Shown here piece after piece: positions 23,376-33,832 of a stretch of DNA of 64,000 nt (positions within the stretch are counted from its first letter, which is position 1; each line of letters starts with the position of its first letter). The translations under genes and the position numbers were made by a program. This DNA comes from Azolla caroliniana (lineage: Eukaryota; Plantae; Polypodiophyta), in NCBI GenBank assembly GCA_043228905.1, contig JBHGNT010000020.1, positions 2,604,001 through 2,668,000 of the forward strand, written 5' to 3'. A model generated the notes under the pieces. It did no database searches and was not told the origin of the DNA. It was given only the letters and a program-made list of their open reading frames with translations.

Positions 23376-25574
23376 CCGTATGGCCGGAAACCGTCTCCGG
23401 TTAAGGTAGAAGCCATCTCCGCAATGAAGCCCGACTGTAACTCGGTCACGGAGGTACGGAGGTTCTTGGGAGCATGCGCTTTCTACCACATATGGATCCC
23501 GCATTACGCCCACGTTGTCGAGCCGCTATACGGGTTTCTGAAAAAGGGGCGAAAATTCGAGTGGCGGGACGAGCATACGGAGTCGGTCCGAAAGATGAAG
23601 GAGGCTCTTGCTGCAGCTCCGGCACTCCGAAAGGCTGTCTACGAGAAAGGCACTCCCATCTACATAACGGTAGATACGAGTCCAACCAGGATCGGATGGG
23701 TCGTCAACCAAGAAGATGAGGACGGCATTCGGTTCCCAATCTGGTTCGGCGCGAAGGTCCTCAGCGAGCGACAACGAGGATACGCCCAGGTTAAACGCGA
23801 ACTCTGGGGTATCGTTTCGGCGGTAAAGGCCGATAAAGACTATCTGATCGGGACAGAGGTGATTATCGAGACGAAATGCCTGCCAATTCTCGGCATGGTT
23901 TCCGGATGCGCAAACCCGGACCTGGCAATGCTCAGGTGGATAGCGTACATCAAGTCCCTAGATCCGGAAATACGACACATTTCCGGGAAAGATAATGCCA
24001 TGGCCGACATGCTTTCGAGGGCGTGATTCGATGACGAGGGCGGCATGGTTTCGGAAGACGAGGAAGTCGGCGTAGACTTCCTCGAGGCGGCCTACGTAAC
24101 AACCGAGGGAGGGAGCACTCCGGCGCTTAACGATTTCGACGAGAGCAAGTACAACGGGGAGTGGCTGCAGATTGGGGGATTCTTGAGGACGATGACGCCG
24201 GCCGCGTCATGGACAAAGAACGAGGCCAACCGGATCCGGAAGAAAGCGTACCGATTCTTTCTCCGGGACAGATACTTGTGGAAGCACCCGAAGTAGAGAA
24301 GCGGCATCCCACTCCGAGTGGTGGCGATGAAGGAGGAACAGGAGGAGTTGTTGAAGGCCTACCACGACAGCCCCTGGGCTGGACACCGTGGAACGTGGGC
24401 CACGTTCGAGAAACTAAAGGGGAAGTACTGGTGGCCGGGACTGTACCGGGACGTGCTTCGGTTCGTGACAACTTGTGAGAGCTGTCAGATACACTCCATA
24501 GTCCGACATCGGGACGAGCTTCACCCTACATACCCTCCGGCCATCCACTTCAAATGGATGGTAGATTTGGTGACGATGCCGATGGGCGTAGGGCAGATGT
24601 CGATCTGGTGCTGGCCCGGGAGGACCTGACGAACCAGGTGGAAGGCCGAGCCCTGTAGAACAAAACGACCGCGATCGTGTGTCGGTTCCTGATCAAGGAC
24701 GTGATATGCCGGTACGGGTGCGTCGGGAAGATCGTGGCTGACCGCGAGGAGTTGGACGCCGAAGAGGCCGAGGAGCTGTTCGACCGGTTAGGGGTCAAGC
24801 TCTCGCTCACCACAGCGTACAATCCGGAGGCGAACGGGAAGGTGGAGCGCGGACACGAGCCGATCGTCAAAGCGCTAGTCTGGGCATGCGGAGGCCAGGT
24901 CGGGAACTGGCCACGACTGTTACCTTATGCCTTGTAGGCGGACAGGACAACACACAGTTCGGTAACCGGGTTCATGCCGTCAGAGCTCATGTTCGGACAG
25001 AAGCCGATCATGTCGATGGAGCGGACGATCTCCTCTTGGGCGACAGTGGACTGGAGAGACGAGATGAGCCGGGAAGAACTGCTAGCGGCGCGTATACGCA
25101 AGCTCAAGCGGAGGCCAGAGGACGTGGAACGAGCGGCGGAGAGACTTCGGACGGCGAGGATGAAGAGCAAAGCCCAGTTCGACCGAACGCACCGACTCCG
25201 GCCAAAGAAAATCGAGGAAGGCGATTGGGGGCTAGTCTACGACAGCAGCCTCGACAACCAGCACCGGGCAACATGGAAGTTTGCAAAGCGGTGGTTCGGG
25301 CCTTACGTGATAACGAGCGCCAACGACAACGGGACATATCACCTGGCGGACCTCGACAGTACGAGGATGGCGATACCGGTAGCAGGGAAGAGGATCAAAG
25401 CATTCAAGAAGCGCCACGACGGCGAACCAGATCTAAGAGGCCTGGACAGCGACAACGAACAGTCCGAAACGGAGGACGAACCGATGGACAAAGAACCGGA
25501 ACTCGGACCGGTTTTCTCCAACCAGAGCACAATTTTGGCGCATAACAGTGGATGCGCGGTTAGGTGGGGGCGGA

Positions 25575-26223
25575 TGTCGTGAACAAAACCGTCCCTTAGC
25601 GCAATCGGTGCATAGCGCACGTGAACCGGCTCTTCACGCGTGCGCGCCCTTTAATGTATATAATAGGGAATTAGGTACATAAGCATATCCGAGGTAGTTA
25701 GATTCGGTAGGTAGGAAGTAAATGGGGGAGACGGCTCCCTTCCTGAAGCTATAAAAGGGAGGGAGACACAGGGAGAAGGGAATCACGCATTGAGGAGGAC
25801 GAAGTGTTGTCGAACCGTAACCGAACGCTTCTCCTCTGCTCATTCTCCATCACTCTTCTCTGCAGAATTTCGGGAGGCTCGCGCTACTTCGAGGAACGCT
25901 CGTGTGCTTCCGGCAGCACCTCCATCCTATCCCCTTTCGTGCGCAAACGAACAGGCATCGGCATATGTTCGCCGGCCTGTTCGGTTGTAACCGCTCGCGT
26001 GCTCTGTTGTTTTGTGTCATTTGATAATATACAAACATTCGTGTCTCTCTGTCTCTGCGTCCATTTCTGTTTTCTGCGTTGACGGGCCGTGTCCCTGTGT
26101 TTCTTTGCTCATACGTTACCGGTCGTCTCTCTCTTTCTCTTTCCCCTCCTATCACCTGCTCTTCGGTCCAAGACCCCGGTGGTCCCACCTCATTTCTCCA
26201 CACACGCGCGTAACAACGCGACA
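25575..26223 (+). repeat. 3' LTR of element D
   Basis: Follows PPT AGGTGGGGGCGGA; copy of 18505-19126. Confidence 0.93.
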
Positions 26224-28779
26224 ACATTACAATAAATCTCCATGGGGTGCACTTATTCTCTTGGTAGAAAAGAAAGAGGGCACATGGCGTATGTGTATTA
26301 ATTACCAACGCCTGAATAAAGTGACGATCAAGAATTCTTATCCATTGCCCCAGGTTGACGATCTAATTGATTGTCTCTAGGGAGCTCGCTATTTTACGAA
26401 ACTTGATCTTCCTACAGGCTACCATCAAATTTGTATTAGTGAGGACGATGTTCCTAAAACGACATTTCGTACGCGTTATGGCCATTATGAGTTTTTGGTT
26501 ATGCCTTTTGGTTTGACCAATGATCCGGCTACATTTCAACAAGAAATGAATGACATTTTCCGAGAACGACTTGGAAAATTCGTCGTTATTTTCTTGGATG
26601 ATATTCTAGTTTGTAGTCAGCTTTGTTTTACAAACATTGCGCAACAAGCAATTCTACATGAAGATCACAAAATGCGAGTTCTTCAAGAAATCAATTACTT
26701 ATCTTGGACATATCATAACCGAACGAGGAGTTGAAATTGATCCTTCTCGCATTGATAAAATCAAACTTTGGCCCACTCTTTGGAATATTCGAGAAGTTTG
26801 ATCATTGCTTCGTTTTGTCGGGTTTTTGGGGAAATCCCTTCGTAATTACTCCCAATTGATGACGTCGTTTACTAATCTTCTAAAAGGGCAAACACATAAT
26901 TCTACAAAACCTATTGTGTGGAATGCTACACTAGACCTTGCCTTTAAGGAACTCAAGGACCCGGTGTGCAAGGCTCCTTCACTTCTTTTACCCGATCCTT
27001 CAAAACCTTTTGAAGTTGAAACCAATGCAAGCGATTATGTTATAGGTGTTGTCTTATATCAAGATTGTAAATCAATAGCATTCGAGAGTAAGAAACTTGA
27101 TTTTGCTCAATGTCGGTATACGGTTCAAAAAAAGGAATTATTTGCAATTATACATGCGCTCTAAACATGGCGCCATTATCTTTATGGAAGTCGTTTTGTG
27201 GTAACTACGGACCACGAGTCCTTGAAATATTTTTGTGACCAACAAGACCTGAAAGGTCATAAGGCATGATGGGCTGATCTCATGCATGACTTTGATTTTT
27301 CTAGACGATATCGTAAAGGTTCCATGAACACTATCATTGATGCACTAAGTCCCATCCATGAAGTTAACATGCTTAGTTTCACTGAAATAACATCAGATCT
27401 GTATGATCACCTTCGAGGAAAGTATCATGATGACAGTTATTTTTGCCAAATACTGGGCAAGAGTTGAGTCTGGAACAGGCACCACCACATCCTCGAAGGA
27501 ATACTTCCACATTGCTAACGGTCTGCTCTACCGTAATGGGAAGGTCTGTGTTCCAGATGTTCTTGAGGTCAAAAAGAGAATTCTTTTTGAATGCCATGAT
27601 GCGCCCTCAGTAGGGCACCCTGGAATACATCGTACACTCGTTCTCATCTCTACTCAATTCTATTGGCCTAAGATGTGTCCTGACATACAGAGCTATGTGA
27701 CTAAATGTCACCAATGTAAGGTTCACAAAGCCGAGTGACGTAAAGTTGCTGGACTTTTACATCCCTTGGACATGATATACTAACTAAAATGGAAAGATTT
27801 ATTGCTACTAAAACCACAGTAACAGCTCATGAATTGGCTTACCAATTCATTGACGAGTTATTTTGTTTTTATGGGTTACCGATAGATATCGTGAGTGATC
27901 GAGATCCAAAGTTTACTAGTGACTTCTAGACGCAAGTCTTTAAGAAGTTAGAAACTACGTTGAGCATGAGCTCCACAGATCATCCTCAATCCGATAGACA
28001 GATAGAATGAGTAAATCAAATTATTGAGGACATGCTTCGAGCATACGTTAGTGCAAAACCAACAAAATGGGAACGTTATCTCCCAATTTTGGAGTTTGCT
28101 TATAACAGCTCCAAGCATACGTTGACAGGATATAGTCCTTTTATGTTGATGTATGGTTTTCAACCACAAGCCCCAATGGATGATAATATACATCATGATG
28201 AGTTGCGAAGTACGCAAAACTTTCTTTGGGATATGCAAGATATATTGCATATTGCACGAGATAATATAAAAACAGCTCAAGATAGAGTGCATTTTTACGC
28301 CGATCATAATAGGCAACCTCGTGTATTCACCCCTGGACAGAAGGTATTTTTACGTGTACCTCACAATTCTAAGACATTGTCTACAGGTAACTGCACTGAG
28401 TTAGCCCCATGGTTTTGTGGACCTTTCCAAGTCCTCAAACGCATTGGTTCATCAACCTATCGTCTCACTCTTCCCGATGGCGTTGAAATTCATCCATTTT
28501 TTCATATAAGTTGTCTAGAAGAACTTCTAGGTTCTAGCGACAATACAGTTACAACTGAAACTCTGGTTACTTCCGAAGAATTATCTTCTAAACCACATCT
28601 ACCAGAAAGAATTCCCGATGTTAAAACAAAAAATCTGCGTACTAAAATAATCCGAGAATTTAAAATTAAATGGATGGATAAATCTATCAAAGATGTCACA
28701 TGGGAACGCGAAAATACTCTTACAACTAACTTCCCTAACTTTCCATTGCAAGAGTGCAATGTTTTAAAGAGGGGGAGTA

Positions 28780-29234
28780 TGTTACGGGCATGACCATATA
28801 ATATCCCGTGGTGAGAATTTATCGTAGTATTCTATACATGTGGATAAGTGTGAGGGTTAAACGAGCGTGTAAAGAAGGGGAGGATTACTTTTAATCCTCG
28901 GGATTGAGACAACCCATTAGGCCAAGTGTGAACTTGCCTGGGGGCCTTGGATATCGCTATAAAGATGAGGCCTAGCTACCCTCATTTGATGATATCTTTT
29001 GACTACGTCGAGATTCTGAAGTTGTGGTGGGTCAACTCTTGTAGTGAGTGCGCCAACACCAGGTACGACTTGGTGCCACGACGGTGGTATGGGACACCGA
29101 TCGAGGCTCGAGTCTGTCTCGATCCCTTCGCTCAAGGGTGGTCTGGTGGATCAACACCCTTCTTTCTCTCTCTCGTTTCTATCTATCTATCTTTTATCCT
29201 TATCATATGCTTACTTTAGATCATAACTCTAACA
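28780..29234 (+). repeat. 3' LTR of element F
   Basis: TGTTA...TAACA directly after the PPT, with a TATAAA box. Copia gag sequence resumes at 29235. Confidence 0.8.
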
Positions 29235-29781
29235 CTTCGGAAGAAGGGGGGGGCTTCCATTCCGGTCCGAGCCGACAAACCTCGATCGAATGCGGATATT
29301 GCGGAAAAATCGGCCACGGTCATGAAGAAGAGTGCCGAAAGAAGAAGCGCGAGTCGGCTTCCACAAGCCGACAACTCACAAATTACGCCACCAACTCCGA
29401 TTATGAAGACCATGGCAGAATGTTCGTGATGAGACATAGAGCAAATTCTATGTCGGCCTCTACTTCGACTAATGCCTCCAATCCAAAAGATGTATGGTTC
29501 ATCAACTCCGGTGCCTCAAACTATATGACATTCCATCAAGAATGGTTCTGAGACTTACGAGAGCTAGATCAACCCGGTTATGTCGAGACCGGAGACGACA
29601 CCACTCATCCGAATCGGCATGTCGTCAATGTCCCATTTGGGAAAGATGGTGAACAAAGTTGCATAAAAAATGTCTTACATGTACCCACCATAACGAAGAA
29701 TTTGGTTTGGGTCGGCCAAATTGTGGAGCAAGGGATGCAAGTTTGATTCAACCAAGGTGGTTGCTTCATCAAGAAGAACGG

Positions 29782-30784
29782 TGTCGTGAAGATCCGTGAC
29801 TAGGCGCGGATCGTGAGGCGGAACCGTCGGGGTTTTGGACCGGAAGGATTCGAAGTCGGTACAAGCTTTAGTGAGGAAGTATTTAAGATAGATTGGGAAA
29901 GAGAGAAATTGAGATTAAACACTTGACTTTCGATTGAGAGAGATTGATTGAACTTTTATCTTTAGATTTAAGAAACAAGTTACATGATCAATTTGATAAC
30001 GAATTTTCTTCTTCTTAATTTCATAACCAAAAGAGCCTAACCCTTCTTTTATAGATGCTCTCGTGCATATGATGCATGAGAGGGTACAAGACATGCATAA
30101 AATGCATGTTTGTCATTTGGCGCTCATGTATTACATGTGGTGCATGATAACCATGTCACTCATTTTAGCTCTCATGTATGTGAATTTACATGTAAAAGTA
30201 CAGTGATAGAAATATAAATTCAACTAAATGTCATGGCTTAGTGGTAAGCCTACTGACTCTTAACTCGGAGGTGCAAGGTTTGAATCCTTACTTGCCCTTC
30301 TTGTATATATATATGTGATATATATTTATTTATTTATTTATTTGGTCGCCGGATGTCGGTAACCGTCGGATGCCGCCTCGCCGGATCACCGTCCAAATCC
30401 CGTTTTGGTTGGCCAAAACCTTTACAAGTGGCTAGGCCACCTCCACTCTCAGTAAAGTTACCTTGAACTCTCTATACTCCACACATAGACACAAATATAA
30501 TAATTTTTGCTCTACCTTATATATGGTGAGAGCCTTATTCGTCCTATCAATGTGGGATATCTCACAATTTTCTCTTTTTCTTTCCCAACTTCTTACCCAC
30601 ATAAGTTGACACTTAGATGTTCGTTTCTTATGTAGTAAAGTGCATCTCTTCAAGATCTTCGTCTTTTGTACTAAGATATTAAACTTACTTAAAATTAGTA
30701 TATTCATTATTATTGTTTTATATGATTGACACTTGATTTCGTACATCTTATGTGATTTTCACACCATTGCCAAAAATCTTCACA
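29782..30784 (-). mobile_element. Solo LTR of the 4-bp-TSD family (1003 bp)
   Basis: TG...CA termini; TSD ACGG (29778-29781, 30785-30788). Removal restores KKNGRLIARSRREG. Family U5 motif near 29820-29845. Confidence 0.88.
30227..30300 (+). promoter_or_regulatory. tRNA-Lys(CTT)-like cassette in solo LTR
   Basis: A box TGGCTTAGTGG, D stem GGCTT/AAGCC, loop CTCTTAA, GAGGT, then AAGGTTTGAATCCTT. Confidence 0.65.
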
Positions 30785-31201
30785 ACGGACGACTAATTGC
30801 TCGTAGTCGAAGGGAAGGCCGAATGTTTATCCTCCAAGCGAACAAGGTAAAATCGGTCAAGTTTGCAAAGGGCCTCAAACCCGACACCAACATAGAGCTA
30901 TGGCATAAAAGAATCAGCCATATCAATCTCAACAAACTCAAGGCGATGCGATCGAAAGGAGTCGTCATTGGGTCCCGAGCTTCAAAGAGAAAGAGATTGA
31001 AGGAGTATGTGAAGCATGCCAATTCAGCAAGCAACATCGGCACCCGTTCCCGAAGGAGAGGAACGTTGTCGTGATGTGGTGTGTTTAGTGTGAGAAAAAG
31101 TCAAAAAGTGAGGATACACACACATTTAACAAATACTTTTAAAAATGAAAATAAATCAATAATAAATAAACCTAGGGCCTAATGGCATTGAGTGCGTATA
31201 G

Positions 31202-31278
31202 AGGGGTGCAAGTAAGATTTGAACCTTGCACTTCCAAGATAGGAAGCAATTAGCTTACCACTAAAGCTACTACTAAGT
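31202..31278 (-). promoter_or_regulatory. tRNA-like cassette in LTR of E (second copy 34914-34990)
   Basis: Minus strand TAGCTTTAGTGGTAAGCT...GTGCAAGGTTCAAATCTTACTTGC; similar to the 30227-30300 cassette. Confidence 0.6.
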
Positions 31279-31737
31279 GCTTTAGATTTTGTATATTTCC
31301 TTGTCATATTCAGTATTCCCTAGGAAACAAACGTACAAAACCATGTGCACAAAACCATGGGCTACCCATGGTTTTGTGCATGCCACAAGCATGGAGAGAC
31401 CTATAAACGCATCTAGTTGGGCTTGTGTAAGGGGGGTCAATTTGGAGATCATCATCATCATCATCAATAATAATATAATACTCTTCTTCTTCTTCTTCTT
31501 GACATCTATCTTCTTCTCAAGTATAAAAATCTTCGATCTTCTTAAGTGTGACATTAGTTTCTTCGACTCCTACATACACATCGTCATCTTTTAGATAACT
31601 TGGCAAACGTCCTCCTTGGAGCAAACGTTCTCCCCGGTCCAAGACCCTAGTGGTCCCGCTCAAGCGAAGCACGCACGCACGCGCATCTTCGCGACATCTA
31701 TTTGGTGAACCCGACATGAAGTGCAGCAGGGGAGGAT

Positions 31738-33148
31738 ATGGATGAGGAATATCTCATGGAGGCAATGTCAAAGATGATGATGGAATTTTCGAGAGAAGGG
31801 AAAAGACGAGATGTAGCCCAACAAGCCGTCGAAAGCGTGGTCGAGCGAGTAATTTGTTTCAATGGAGGCAAAGTCCAAATTTTTCTAGAAACCTACAATG
31901 CCGAGATGGATTTGAGAGGTGTGAACGAAGCTATGAGGTTGGAGTACTTTTGTCGGGTGGTGGTTGAACCATTCTACAAAGGTGAAAGAGCATCAAGAAG
32001 CTCACGACTCATGGGTGTACTTTGAGGAAGCTCTATTGGAGGCATACGGATACAAGAAACCGAAGGGACGAGGTCTGCACGAGTTCGACCAATGGCTATC
32101 ATCAATAAAGACCCACCAAAGTGCCATGCACGCGTTCCTAGAGTTTGAGCATCATTTTTCTCAACTCTCAGAGCGGGAACAAAGATTGGTGGGGGTGGAT
32201 AAGGTCTTGATGTTTGTGAAGTCGATCGATTGAAGGAAAAGGGTGACCATCAGACTCAAACTCGAAGAAGATGATGGTGCAAATGGCCTTATTGAGGATT
32301 GGACCAAAGTGGAAAGAGTATGTCGACTATACGATAAGACGAACGCGAGATTCTTATCGACAACAACACAACCCAAGAGGGATGGTGAAAGGAGGACGGG
32401 ATGCGACTACAAACTACCACCTAAAGAAGAGAGCTTGAAGAGGGAAGGTTCAACAGTACTCGACATACAAGTGTTCGTAAAGGAGGCATAGGAGAGTTTA
32501 AAGGTGCAAGTCGAGGCAAAAGGGAATCTTATAATGGAACCAAAACCGATTCAAATGGTGATCAAGGAAGAAGAGACCTCCCAACAAAGGTGGAGTAATG
32601 ATACGGCCAATACGAAGGCCCAAGTTCAGTACAACAAGACCACGGGAGAAGGTGTGAACCAAGCCACCTTCTTGACTTATGGAGGAACGACGGTCAAGAG
32701 AAAGACCGGAGACTCAAGAGGGGGAAATGTTGCTTTAAGAGTGGACGAGCATTTCGGAACACACGTTGTGTCCGAAATATCGAGTGATGAAGATGCAAGC
32801 ATGAGTAAAGCTTGTGTGATCGAAGGAGATAAAGAGCGTGAGGCCGACGTGATTGAGGTGGTAGCCACGAAGAACGACATCGAGACGCAAATGGCTATGG
32901 ACAAGTCCACGACGGATAACCATGTCGAGACTTTCCCAACACTTGATCTAGAGACCTGGGCAGTTGGGTCCGAGAGCCAACATGAGACCCAAGAGACAGA
33001 AAGTGGTGGGGAAGCAAATATTGAAGCCAATGCGAATAACAACGTTGAGGGAAAGATGGCTATGGATGAGAAGATGGTGACCGATGGTGCCGAGGTTCTC
33101 CCCACAATTGTTCCTGAGACTTCGGCAGTTGTGCCTGACTGCCAACGT
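31738..33148 (+). pseudogene. Element E gag-like remnant with acidic tail
   Basis: VERVICFNGGKVQIFLETYNAE, VLMFVKSID and EDDGANGLIEDWTKVERVC match the element C ORF. Confidence 0.82.
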
Positions 33149-33832
33149 TGTCACATTGTTACGCGCGTGCGTGTAGAACGAGGCGGGACCACGGGGGTCC
33201 TAGACCGAGGAATAACCGATCAAGCGTAGCAGCAAGGAAGAAAACGGTCATGCTTCCACACACACACACACACACACACAGATACACAGAAACCGCAACC
33301 GAATGAAACAACAGAAACGAGACGAATGTGTATGTGTTACATATACTCTGATGAAAAGGGGTTTACAACCGGTGAGCCGGTGAGCGACAAACCTCCTATG
33401 CCTATGCACACGCACATAGAAGAGTGAGATGGAGACTCTGCCGAAAGCACTCGGGCGTTCCGCGGAGCAGAGTCAGCCTCCCGAAAACCTGCACCGAGCA
33501 GAAATAGAGAGAAAGATAGAGGAGAAGAGCTCGGTCCCAGTCCGGCAGCACTTTGTCCTCAACAAAAGCGATCTCTATTTCGATTCCTCTCCCTCTCTTT
33601 TATAGCCCAAGGAGGGAGGCCGTCACAACCCATTACATCATCTTTATTTTTGTCCTTTCGAATAGAGATACGCTTCGATTTTCTACCTAACAAATGTGTG
33701 CTACCTAGGATATTCACATCAACCCACTTGTACCTAAATGTATATATTACAACAAAACTTGTGCCTACGTATAAGGGTCAGTTCGCGCACATTAATCTCC
33801 GATTCTGCCTAGGGACGGTATTCTCCACGACA
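33149..33832 (-). mobile_element. Solo LTR related to element D LTR, inserted in E
   Basis: TG...CA termini; TSD ACGT (33145-33148, 33833-33836). Both ends resemble the reverse complement of the D LTR. Confidence 0.9.

Larger units (their letters stand above)
21288..25582 (+). pseudogene. Element D pol (RT, RNase H, integrase), in -1 frame relative to gag-PR; interrupted by solo LTR
   Basis: DLYSGYDQ, LPQG, FLDHV (decayed YxDD), TVDTS, HDSPWAGH...CESC, NGKVE, WFGPY. Several stops and a frameshift. Confidence 0.9.
18505..26223 (+). mobile_element. Element D: full-length, formerly autonomous non-chromovirus Gypsy with tRNA-Trp PBS and 4-bp TSD (possibly Phygy/Selgy-like)
   Basis: LTRs 18505-19126 and 25575-26223. 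TSD ACGT/ACAT (18501-18504, 26224-26227). PBS 19131-19148, PPT 25562-25574. Order gag-PR then RT-RH-IN. Lineage name is inference. Confidence 0.92.
16121..29234 (+). mobile_element. Element F: degenerate Ty3/Gypsy chromovirus (gag-PR-RT-RH-IN-chromodomain, 3' LTR); 5' LTR not in window
   Basis: Zinc knuckle CVFCKKKGHTNEQC, LFDSGS, FLDD, GPF, chromodomain KIKW...VTWE. PPT AAAGAGGGGGAG before 28780. Frames are restored after removing inserts 17786-18427 and 18505-26223. Confidence 0.88.
29235..31066 (+). pseudogene. Element G: Ty1/Copia remnant (gag zinc knuckle, protease, GAG-pre-integrase)
   Basis: CGYCGKIGH, WFINSGASNYMT, ELWHKRISHIN, CEACQFSKQHR. Interrupted at 29782-30784 and cut at 31067. 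Confidence 0.85.

Noticed and set aside
30227-30300. Functional tRNA genes at the tRNA-like cassettes
   Set aside because: Acceptor stems do not pair and anticodon stems are broken; recorded as tRNA-like promoter modules only.
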